Part shown: in pieces, positions 9,567-17,702 of the stretch
How positions within the stretch are numbered: the stretch's first letter is position 1
How the letters are laid out: every line of letters starts with the position of its first letter
Assembly: GCA_965203905.1 (NCBI GenBank)
Contig: CBDBDQ010000005.1
Coordinates: 1,696,001-1,760,000 of the forward strand
DNA length: 64,000 nt
Reading direction: 5' to 3'
DNA from: Spirochaetia bacterium
GTDB taxonomy: Bacteria; Spirochaetota; Spirochaetia; SZUA-6; Bin103
The notes under the pieces: model-generated
What the model was told of the DNA's origin: nothing
Database searches by the model: none
The model's input: the letters and a program-made list of their open reading frames with translations, nothing else
Made by a program: the position numbers and the translations under genes

Positions 9567-10071
9567 CAGGGTGGCTCGGCGCGGGCGAGGAGGTCCTTGA
9601 AGGAGTAGTTGACGCTGTTGGCGCCGAAGTCCGGTTCTCGGCGGAAGGGCCAGCGAATGTAGTGGACCCGGTGGCTGTCGCCGTCAAGGAATTCGACGAT
9701 CGCCAGGCGGTAGTCGTCCGGCTTGTTCAGCGAGTAGAGGATCTCGTTGCGGGTGACGGTGATGGTGTCGGCGTCGTGGACGCGGCCCTTGACCTCGATG
9801 AAACGCAGGCGGCCGGTGCCGGGGACGCCTCGGACACCAGCCGAAACAGCTCCCCGTCGCCGTCGAAGCTCCAAGGCCGCCCCTGCTCGACCACCTCCAG
9901 GCGCGCTTCGTCGTCGCGGTAGAGGATCTCGCTGCCCAACTCGCCGCCCGCCCCGCGGTAGGTGAGTTCCAGCGCGTCGGACCCGAACCAGTGCACACTC
10001 ACCACCGTGACCAGGGCGTCGGTCAGAATGCGACGGACGGACGCGGTAGCTTGCAGGTCTTCCAGCTTCAC
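9563..10071 (-). pseudogene. SNF2-type helicase with C-terminal DUF3883, internally deleted
   Basis: N-terminus (V)KLEDLQ..WFGSDALELTY..GRPWSFDGDGELFRLVSEA is joined out of frame at ~9827 to C-terminus VPGTGRLRFIEVKGR..TVTRNEILYSLNKPDDYRLAIV; helicase core absent. Confidence 0.8.
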
Positions 10072-10097
10072 GCCGGCGATGATAACAGACCCCCGCA

Positions 10098-10133
10098 GCG
10101 ACACATGTCGGTGTCGAGTACGAACGAGGTCAG
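10098..10133 (-). pseudogene. VapC/PIN toxin N-terminal remnant
   Basis: Overlapping the antitoxin stop: CTG ACC TCG TTC GTA CTC GAC ACC GAC = (M)TSFVLDTD, the typical PIN start, then homology is lost. Confidence 0.5.
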
Positions 10134-10429
10134 GCTCCTTCTTGGCTATTGTCGACGATCCGTCTGTTGTCGCTGATCGCCTGCTGCCACTCGTCGAAGA
10201 GCGGGTCGTCTCGGAACATCCCGAATATCTGATGCCAGGGATTGGAGCCGCCGGGCAGGTCGAGTGCTGCTATGCGCCCCCCCTGTGCCATCCGTTCGAG
10301 TATCCCGTGCCTCATCTTGGCCAATGCGGCTTCCGGCGTGTCGGCTTCCACGGCGGTCGCGAACGGTTCGCCACCCGTGGCACGGAATCGATGGTCGTCG
10401 GTGGCCTCTATCAGAATAGGAATCTTCAC
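10130..10429 (-). CDS. Small HicB-like/antitoxin-type protein
   Basis: (V)KIPILIEA..AVEADTPEAALAKM..NPWHQIFGMFRDDPLFDEW, 99 aa; followed by a PIN-like remnant. Confidence 0.6.
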   Translation of the reverse strand: MKIPILIEATDDHRFRATGGEPFATAVEADTPEAALAKMRHGILERMAQGGRIAALDLPGGSNPWHQIFGMFRDDPLFDEWQQAISDNRRIVDNSQEGA

Positions 10430-10612
10430 CGGCTCATCTCCGCGGCTCGTGACCCTCGTTGAGATTGTGCGATTATTCGTAACAGGTACAGGAGTGTGGC
10501 CACCGGTGCCACCGGTGCCGCCGGGCCGGCGCCAGTGATTCCAGTGCGCCGCGCATGTCGTGGGGCGACCCTGGCACGAAGCGTACGCGGGACCAAACGG
10601 AGGCACCTCGGC

Positions 10613-12121
10613 TCATGGGTGCGCGGCGGGTTCCGGGGGCTGGGGCAGGGCGCCCCGCGGGGGTTGATAGTTGGAGGACGGGGCTTCGCATACCGGGCAG
10701 CGCCAGCCGGAGGGCAGGGCTGCGAACGGGGTGCCGGGTGCCACCTGCCCCAACGGGTCACCGTACGCGGGGTCGTACTCGTTGCCGCAGGCGGCGCACG
10801 ACCGGGTTCCGGAGCGCTCCTCGACCGGCGCCTCCGGCGGCGCCGCGGGGGGCGGCGGCTCATCGTCGTCGCGGTAGAAGCGGCGCGTCAGGGCTGCAAG
10901 GGAGGCCGCCAGATCGCGCTCGCGCAGCCGGCGGGCGAAGGTCAGCCAACCGGGATTGCGCCGGTCGAAACCCTCCCGATGGCGCACGGCGTAACGGCGG
11001 CGCAGGCGGGCGAAGGGCAACCGCTCGTCGATGAGGGGCTGGATCGCCACCGCCACCTCGTGCCGGGTCGGGTCGTCGGTCACCGCGAAACTGAGGCCCG
11101 AGGTCACGATGGAGCGGCGCGACAGACGGGCGATCATGGTGCCGGCCAAGTCCCGTGCCTCGGGCAGGCGATCGCAGACCTGCCAGTGGAGGGCGGCGTC
11201 CACGTGGCGCACCCGCACCCCGTGGCGGCCGAGCAGCATACGCCACTCCGCGAGGTGCTCCGGTGCCACGTTCTTCAATACCAACGAGCGCCAGCAGGTG
11301 GTGAACACCGCGCCGATGCCCTGCTGCGCGGCGCGCATGCACAACTGCTCCAGGAACCGGTGCCGGAACGGCTGCGTGCCGGCGCTCAAGCCGATCCAGT
11401 ACCCGGAACCGGAGTGCATCGGATGTACGCCTTCGTAGTCGCCGTACTCCGACGGCGGCAGGCGTTGACCCGCCTCCGCCGGCACCAGCCTGCTCCCCAG
11501 GCGGCCGCGGATCGCGTGCGCCAGGTCCTCCGAAGAGTGCGATGCCTCGGCTCCGGCGGCGGCGAGCGTGTCCTCGGCCGCCCGTACCGCCTCGGCCACG
11601 TACTCCGACGGCACCAGGTAGGGAAGCGTTACGCGGTCGTGGCGGCCGGGCGCACGGGGGCCGCGCCGCGGGTGGTGGTCGGCGGCGATGGCGATACGCC
11701 ACGAGTCGATCTCGTCCGCCGCCAGGAAGTTGAGCAGGCCCGAGGTCAGCGGCAGCAGATCCTGGTGCGGATCGGCGACGTTGATCGCGAATGACGGGCG
11801 GGACCGGAGGCCGCTCAGGATCGACTGGATGATGCCGGCGTCCAGCCAGGGCACGCCGCGGGTGATGCCGCACGCCGCGGCTGAACTGGTGACGTTGGGA
11901 TGGCCGGATGCGTCCGCCCGCTCCACCGCCAGCGGCGCCACGGCGGCACGGAAGCGGGTGACGTACGAATCCGGGATGCCGGCTACGAGCAGGTCTTGCC
12001 GATGGCCGATGGTCAGCCGGTCGCTGCCCCAGGCGCCGGAGAGTTCCGCGACCGTGCGCAGCGCCCCGGTGCCGATGATCCCGCCGGGGCACGCCACGCG
12101 CAGATCCACGCGCCCGTTCAT
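10613..12121 (-). CDS. Nitrite/sulfite reductase-like half-domain protein with C-terminal rubredoxin
   Basis: C-terminal CAACGNEYDPAYGD..PGTPFAALPSGWRCPVC rubredoxin; N-terminal PGGII..LTIGHRQDL ferredoxin-like repeat; ATGA overlap with the nitrate reductase stop. Confidence 0.75.
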   Translation of the reverse strand: MNGRVDLRVACPGGIIGTGALRTVAELSGAWGSDRLTIGHRQDLLVAGIPDSYVTRFRAAVAPLAVERADASGHPNVTSSAAACGITRGVPWLDAGIIQSILSGLRSRPSFAINVADPHQDLLPLTSGLLNFLAADEIDSWRIAIAADHHPRRGPRAPGRHDRVTLPYLVPSEYVAEAVRAAEDTLAAAGAEASHSSEDLAHAIRGRLGSRLVPAEAGQRLPPSEYGDYEGVHPMHSGSGYWIGLSAGTQPFRHRFLEQLCMRAAQQGIGAVFTTCWRSLVLKNVAPEHLAEWRMLLGRHGVRVRHVDAALHWQVCDRLPEARDLAGTMIARLSRRSIVTSGLSFAVTDDPTRHEVAVAIQPLIDERLPFARLRRRYAVRHREGFDRRNPGWLTFARRLRERDLAASLAALTRRFYRDDDEPPPPAAPPEAPVEERSGTRSCAACGNEYDPAYGDPLGQVAPGTPFAALPSGWRCPVCEAPSSNYQPPRGALPQPPEPAAHP

Positions 12122-15100
12122 GCCAGGGCCTCCTCGTGCCGCGCCACCGGCGCCCCCCGCGGCTGCTCGTCGAGCGTGGACACCGTCTCTGCCGTCGCAG
12201 CCGGCTCGGCACACGATGAATCGGGCGACTCAGGCGCGGCAGCGCCGGCGCTTCCCGGTGGCCCGGTCAGCGCCGGTAGCGTGGCGGTCGGGCTCACCGC
12301 CGCCGCCGCCGGTCCACCCAGCTTCGGCGGCGAAGTTCCCGTGTCGGCGGATTCTGCGAGGACCGCGGCCACCTCGGGACGGCAGGTGCCGCAGCCGGTG
12401 CCGGCGCGGGTGGCGGCGCACAGTTCCGGCAGGGTGGCGCTGCCGGCCGCCACCGCCGCGCGCAGGTCGCCGGCGCCGACGCCGTGGCAGGAGCACACCA
12501 GGCGGCCGCGCGGGGTGCCGGGCAGCCCCGCCGCCGCGGGCCGCAGGAGCTGTTCGCGCTGCTCGTCCAGTTCGGAGCCGGTCTCGATCAGCCGCCGGAA
12601 CGCGGCGAACTCCGCGTTGTCGCCGATCAGCACCGCTCCCACCAGGCGGTCGTGGCGCACCACGCACTTCTTGTAGTAGCCCATGCGCCGGTCGAGCAGA
12701 GTCACCTCCTCGAAGCCGTCACCCGCGCCCTCCCCCGCGCCGGGGGCGGTGAGGCCGACCGTGGATACGGAGGTGCCGGGAATCTTCAGCACGTTGTAGG
12801 GGGGCGCATCGGCATACGCCGCCCACTCGTCGCCGGTGACGTGGCGGGCGGCCACCCGCGCCTGTTCCTGCGCGTGCTCGGTGGTGCCGTAGAGACGGCC
12901 GTTGTGCTCGGCGACATCGCCCAGGGCGTAGATCTTCGGATCGCTGGTCTGCAGGTGGGAGTTGACCACCAGTGCACGCCGCGTGTGCAGCCCGGCGGCG
13001 GTGCCGAGTTCACGGTTCGGAGCCGTGCCGACGGCTACCAGCAACAGGTCGCAGTCCAGGAGCAGGCCGCCCTCGGTGCGCACGCCGCTGACGCGCGGGG
13101 TGCCCGTGAAACTGGCCACGCGGTCGTTGAACACCAGCCGTACGCCGCGTTCGATCAGGGCGTCGCGCAGCACCTCGCTGCCGGTGGCGTCGAGCTGCCG
13201 GCCGAGCAGCAGGGACCGGTTCTGCATCACCGTCACCGCCGCCACCTGCCCGGCCAGGGCGGCGGCGAGCTCCAGCCCGAGCAGCCCGCCGCCCACGATC
13301 AGCACCCGCGAGCCGGCGCTCACCAGAGCCATCGCCGCGTGCGCGTCCTCCCGGTTGCGCAGGGTCACCACGCCCTCGCGTTGCGCCGGCAGGTCGGGCA
13401 GGCGGCGGGCGCGGCTGCCGGTGGCCAGCACCAGCCGGTCGTAGCGGTATTCCCGGCCGTTCGCGGCCCGCACGCAGTGCCGGTCGCGGTCGATGGCCGT
13501 CACCGGGGTGCCGGGATGCAGGTCCAGGTCCAGGTCGGCGAGTTCCTCGGGCGTGGTCAACTGCAGCTCCGGCCAGCGCCGCCGGCCGGCCAGGTACTCG
13601 ACCAGCAGCACGCGGTTGTAGAACAGCTCGCGCTCGGCGCTGAACACCCGGATCCGGTCGTGCCGGTTGTGCGCGCGATACTCGCGCACGAACGCCAGCG
13701 CCGCCGGTCCCGCGCCCACCACGCACACCTGCCGCGGCGTCGTGGCCAGCGGCCGGACCGCGACGGCGGTGTACTTGAAGTCGGGCTCCATGGAACGGGG
13801 ATCGACGCGCGGGCTGGTCACGTTGTTGGCGCGCCCCGAGTCCCCGCGCGGGGTATCGGTGCGGCCCCAGTGCATCGGCACGAACACCACCCCCGGCTTG
13901 ATCGCGTCCGACAGCCGCGCCGGCACCCGTATCGCCCCGTACCGGCTGGCGATCTCCACGGTACGGCCTTCCCGCACGCCCAGGCGGGCGGCGTCGTCCG
14001 GGTGCAGTTCGGCGAACGGGCGCCGCTCGTGCTGGCCGAGCCTGGCCACCTTGCCGGTGCGGGTCATGGTGTGCCACTGGTCGCGCAGGCGGCCGGTGGT
14101 GAGCACGAACGGAAAGTCCGCGCACGGCGGCTCGCCGGGATCCTGCTCCGCAACCGCGTGCAGCCGGGCGCGGCCGCTGGCGGTGGCGAAGCGCCGATCG
14201 GTGAACAGCCGCTCGGTACCGGGATGGTCGGCGGCGGGACACGGCCACTGGATGCTGCCGAGCTGCAGCCGGGGGTAGTCGATCCCCGTCATGTCGAGCG
14301 CCGTGCCGGCGGTGAGCCGGGTGTGCTCGGCGAAGATCTCCGCTTCCGAACGGTAGGCGAACGCCTCCTCCCAACCCATGCGGCGGGCAAAGTCGCACAG
14401 GATCCACACGTCGGGCCGCGCCTCGCCCGGCGGCTCCACCACCTTGGGCAGGTGGGTCACGCGGCGCTCCGAGTTGGTCATGGTGCCCTGCTTCTCCAGC
14501 CAGCCGGCGGCCGGCAGCACCACGTCGGCCCAGGGCAGCGAGTGAGAGCGGGAGGAGATGTCCTGCACCACCACGAAGCGGGCGCGTCCGAGCGCCGCCT
14601 CGGCGCGGCGCACGTCGGGCATGCTTACCACCGGGTTGGTGCATATGATCCAGATCGCCTTGAGCGTGCCCGCCTCCAGGGCGCTGAACATCTCGGTGGC
14701 GGTCAGACCCGGCCTGGCCGGCACCTGCTCCACCCCCCACAGCGCAGCCACCGCGCGCCGGTGCGCCGGGTTGGCGAGGTCGCGGTGCGCCGGCAGCATG
14801 GTGGCCAGCCCGCCTACCTCGCGCCCGCCCATGGCATTGGGCTGGCCGGTGAGGGAGAAGGGACCGGAGCCGGGCTTGCCGATCTGGCCAGTCAGCAGCG
14901 ACAGGTTCAGCAGCGCCAGGTTCTTGTCGACGCCGGCGGCGCTCTGGTTCAGGCCCATCGCCCACAGCGACAGGAAGGTGGGCGCGGAGCCGATCATCTC
15001 TGCGGCCCGCTCCAGGTCGGCGCGTGCCACCCCGCACGTCGCCGCGGCCAGGTCCAGGTCGACGCCGGCGAGCTGGCGCGCCACCTCGTCCCAGCCCTCG

Positions 15101-15846
15101 GTGTGGCGCTCCAGGAACGGGCGGTCGACGAAGCCCCCGTCCAGCAGGCAGCGGGCCAGCGCCAGGTAGCAGGCGACATCGCTGCCGGGATTGATCTGCA
15201 GGTGCAGGTCGGCTATGGAGCAGCTCTGGGTGCGGCGCGGGTCGACTACGATCACCCGTGTCTCCGGGTCGCTCTGCCGGCGCGCCTCGATGCGCTGGAA
15301 CAGGATCGGGTGGCACCAGGCCGGGTTGGCGCCGGCGATCAGGAAGCAGCTCGCGCGCTCGATGTCGGCGTAGGCGATCGGCACGCTGTCCTCGCCCAGG
15401 GCCAGCTTGTAGGCGGTGACCGCGGTGCTCATGCACAGCCGCGAGTTGGTGTCGATGTTGTTGCTGCCGATGAAGCCCTTCATCAGCTTGTTGGCGACGT
15501 AGTACTCCTCGGTGAGGAGCTGGCCGGAGACGTAGAACGCCACCGACTCGGGGCCGTGGCGGTCGATCAGGGCGCGAAAGGTGGCGGCGACCCGGTCCAG
15601 GGCGCGGTCCCAGGTGGTGCGCGTCAGCGGTTGCGCGCGGCTGCCGCGCAGCAGCGGATACCGCAGGCGGTCGTCGGTGTCGGCGACCGTGTGATGCAGG
15701 TTGAGTCCCTTGGCGCACAGCCGGCCCCGGTTGGCCGGGTGCGCGGCGTCGCCGCGCAGGGTCAGGCGGCCGTTGCCGTGGCGGGTGACCTCGATGCCGC
15801 AGCCCACGCCGCAGTACGAGCAGGTGGTCTTGAAGCTGCGATCCAC
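12118..15846 (-). CDS. nasA: Assimilatory nitrate reductase (molybdopterin) fused to NAD(P)H/FAD oxidoreductase and BFD-like 2Fe-2S domain
   Basis: CSYCGVGC..GRLCAKG Fe4S4 motif, NNIDTNSRLCM, GQPNAMGGRE, LTTGRLRDQWHTMTRTG; then VVGAGPAA, IVGGGLLGLE and CSCHGV..GTGCGTC. GTG at 15846 chosen as start. Confidence 0.9.
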   Translation of the reverse strand: MDRSFKTTCSYCGVGCGIEVTRHGNGRLTLRGDAAHPANRGRLCAKGLNLHHTVADTDDRLRYPLLRGSRAQPLTRTTWDRALDRVAATFRALIDRHGPESVAFYVSGQLLTEEYYVANKLMKGFIGSNNIDTNSRLCMSTAVTAYKLALGEDSVPIAYADIERASCFLIAGANPAWCHPILFQRIEARRQSDPETRVIVVDPRRTQSCSIADLHLQINPGSDVACYLALARCLLDGGFVDRPFLERHTEGWDEVARQLAGVDLDLAAATCGVARADLERAAEMIGSAPTFLSLWAMGLNQSAAGVDKNLALLNLSLLTGQIGKPGSGPFSLTGQPNAMGGREVGGLATMLPAHRDLANPAHRRAVAALWGVEQVPARPGLTATEMFSALEAGTLKAIWIICTNPVVSMPDVRRAEAALGRARFVVVQDISSRSHSLPWADVVLPAAGWLEKQGTMTNSERRVTHLPKVVEPPGEARPDVWILCDFARRMGWEEAFAYRSEAEIFAEHTRLTAGTALDMTGIDYPRLQLGSIQWPCPAADHPGTERLFTDRRFATASGRARLHAVAEQDPGEPPCADFPFVLTTGRLRDQWHTMTRTGKVARLGQHERRPFAELHPDDAARLGVREGRTVEIASRYGAIRVPARLSDAIKPGVVFVPMHWGRTDTPRGDSGRANNVTSPRVDPRSMEPDFKYTAVAVRPLATTPRQVCVVGAGPAALAFVREYRAHNRHDRIRVFSAERELFYNRVLLVEYLAGRRRWPELQLTTPEELADLDLDLHPGTPVTAIDRDRHCVRAANGREYRYDRLVLATGSRARRLPDLPAQREGVVTLRNREDAHAAMALVSAGSRVLIVGGGLLGLELAAALAGQVAAVTVMQNRSLLLGRQLDATGSEVLRDALIERGVRLVFNDRVASFTGTPRVSGVRTEGGLLLDCDLLLVAVGTAPNRELGTAAGLHTRRALVVNSHLQTSDPKIYALGDVAEHNGRLYGTTEHAQEQARVAARHVTGDEWAAYADAPPYNVLKIPGTSVSTVGLTAPGAGEGAGDGFEEVTLLDRRMGYYKKCVVRHDRLVGAVLIGDNAEFAAFRRLIETGSELDEQREQLLRPAAAGLPGTPRGRLVCSCHGVGAGDLRAAVAAGSATLPELCAATRAGTGCGTCRPEVAAVLAESADTGTSPPKLGGPAAAAVSPTATLPALTGPPGSAGAAAPESPDSSCAEPAATAETVSTLDEQPRGAPVARHEEALA

Positions 15847-15854
15847 GGCTGCCT

Positions 15855-17702
15855 TCAGTACACGTCGCGCTGATAGCGGCGCGCCCGCTTCAGGCTCATC
15901 AGGTAGTTGGCGGCAGCGTCCGCGGAGCGGCCGCCGTGGATGGCGATCACCTGCCGCAACGCCTCGTCGACGGCCGGCGCCATCCGCTCGGCGTCCCCGC
16001 ACACGTACAGGTGGGCGCCCTCCTCCAGCCAGCGGAACAACTCGGCGCCCTGTTCGGAGATTCGGTGCTGGACATACACCTTGTGCCCCTGATCGCGCGA
16101 GAAGGCGGTGGTGAGGCGGGTGAGGGTGCCGTCGCCCAACCACGCCTCCAGCTCGTCGCGATAGAGAAAATCGGTGGCGCGGTTCGGGTTGCCGAAGAAC
16201 AGCCAGCTCCGCGCCCCGGCGCCGGCACGCGCCTGCCGCTCCTGCAGGAAGCCACGGAACGGCGCGATGCCGGTGCCGGGGCCGATCATCACGATGGGAG
16301 CCAGATCGTCGTCCGGCAGGCGGAAGTTGCGGTTGACGTGCAGGTACACCTGGACGGCCGCACCCGGGTGGGTACGCAGGCCGAGGAAGGTGGAACACAC
16401 GCCGTCGCGCGCACGCCCGGCGGCGACCCAGTGCACCATGGCGACGGTCAGGTGAATGGCATCCGCGGCGGCCAGCGGGCTGGAGGCGATCGAGTAGAGC
16501 CGCGGCCGCAGCGGAGCCAGTGCCGCCACCAGCTCCTGCGCGTTCAGCACGCCGGTGGCGGCGTCGCGCAGCAGGTCGAGCACGTCCACGCCGCCGCCGG
16601 CGCGCTCGGCCGGCATGCCCAGCCGCTCGGCCAGGGCGGCCCGCGGCCGGGTCAGGTCACAGCAGCGCAGCAGCGCCTCGCGCAGCGGTTGCCGGCTGCC
16701 GCCGTGCTCGACCGGCTCATCGGCGGCGCAACCGGCGGCGGCGAGTACCGCCTCCACCAGTGCCGGGTGGTTGCACGGCAGCACCCCGAGCGCGTCGCCC
16801 GGCCGATAGGCGATCTGCGAGCCGCCGATATCGAGAGCGACGTGGCGGATGTCCTTCACCGAGTCCGCTCCGGTGAGCGTGCGGCACTCCCGCAGCGACG
16901 CCCGGAATGGCTGGGCAGCGTCGTAGCCGGCGCCGGGATCGGGCTGCGCGGCGTCCGCCTCCGGCTCGGACAGCGCCCCGGCGAGCCCGGCGACCTGCGC
17001 GCTCCCGTTCCCGGTGCCACCGGGTGCGCCGGTGGCGCCCGCGGCCGCCGGCCAGCGTTCCTGCCAGCCGGCGAACGAGTCCAGATCCACGTCGCAGTCG
17101 GTGCACTCGCACAGACGGGTGCCGCCGAGGGCGGCCAGACGTTGATCCAATACGTGGCCGAATGCGCAGAAGTGCTGGTAGCTGGAATCGCCGAGCGCCA
17201 GCACCGCGAAGCTCACCTCGGCGAAGCTCGGCGCCTCCTCGCGGTTCAGTTCCGCCCAGAGCGGCTGGGCCGCATCCGGGGGTTCACCGTCGCCGTAGGT
17301 GCTGGCGATCACCAGCAGCGTGCCGGCGCCGGCCAGCGCCTCCGGCGACGCCTCGGCGGCGTCGATCACGCGCGCCGCGAAGCCGCGCGTGCGCGCCTGC
17401 TTGGCGGTCTTGCGCGCCAGCGACTCCGCGGTGCCGGTCTGGCTTGCGTACAGCACCGCCAGGGGCAGGGTCGGCGCCGCCACGGCCGGCGTTCGCCCGG
17501 CGCCGGCGAGGTCGGCACCGCTGAGCATTCCCGCCAGGTAGCCGTCCAGCCAGATCCGCTGCGCGACACTGAACGGCGCCTGCTCCGACACCAGGCCGAG
17601 CGCCGGGTCCTGGTTCGAAACTGCCGGCCGGCGGGCGACCCCGGTGCGTCGATTTTCATCGTTTTCGGTGTCACGGAGTGGCCGTGCTGCCTCAACTGCC
17701 AT
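15855..17702 (-). CDS. Diflavin reductase (CysJ-like flavoprotein subunit)
   Basis: Flavodoxin YASQTGTAE, STYGDGEPP, LGDSSY; FAD/NADPH motifs RLYSIASS, MIGPGTGIAPF, YVCGD; ends RYQRDVY. Confidence 0.9.
   Translation of the reverse strand: MAVEAARPLRDTENDENRRTGVARRPAVSNQDPALGLVSEQAPFSVAQRIWLDGYLAGMLSGADLAGAGRTPAVAAPTLPLAVLYASQTGTAESLARKTAKQARTRGFAARVIDAAEASPEALAGAGTLLVIASTYGDGEPPDAAQPLWAELNREEAPSFAEVSFAVLALGDSSYQHFCAFGHVLDQRLAALGGTRLCECTDCDVDLDSFAGWQERWPAAAGATGAPGGTGNGSAQVAGLAGALSEPEADAAQPDPGAGYDAAQPFRASLRECRTLTGADSVKDIRHVALDIGGSQIAYRPGDALGVLPCNHPALVEAVLAAAGCAADEPVEHGGSRQPLREALLRCCDLTRPRAALAERLGMPAERAGGGVDVLDLLRDAATGVLNAQELVAALAPLRPRLYSIASSPLAAADAIHLTVAMVHWVAAGRARDGVCSTFLGLRTHPGAAVQVYLHVNRNFRLPDDDLAPIVMIGPGTGIAPFRGFLQERQARAGAGARSWLFFGNPNRATDFLYRDELEAWLGDGTLTRLTTAFSRDQGHKVYVQHRISEQGAELFRWLEEGAHLYVCGDAERMAPAVDEALRQVIAIHGGRSADAAANYLMSLKRARRYQRDVY

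Noticed and set aside
600-10450. Prophage or integrative element explaining the defence island
   Set aside because: No integrase, structural phage genes, tRNA target or flanking direct repeats found; DUF5131 alone is not evidence of a prophage.
10499-10530. Short GC-rich tandem repeats (GCCACCGGT x2; CCGCCCGCA-like at ~27770-27800)
   Set aside because: Too short and low-complexity to distinguish from chance in high-GC intergenic DNA.
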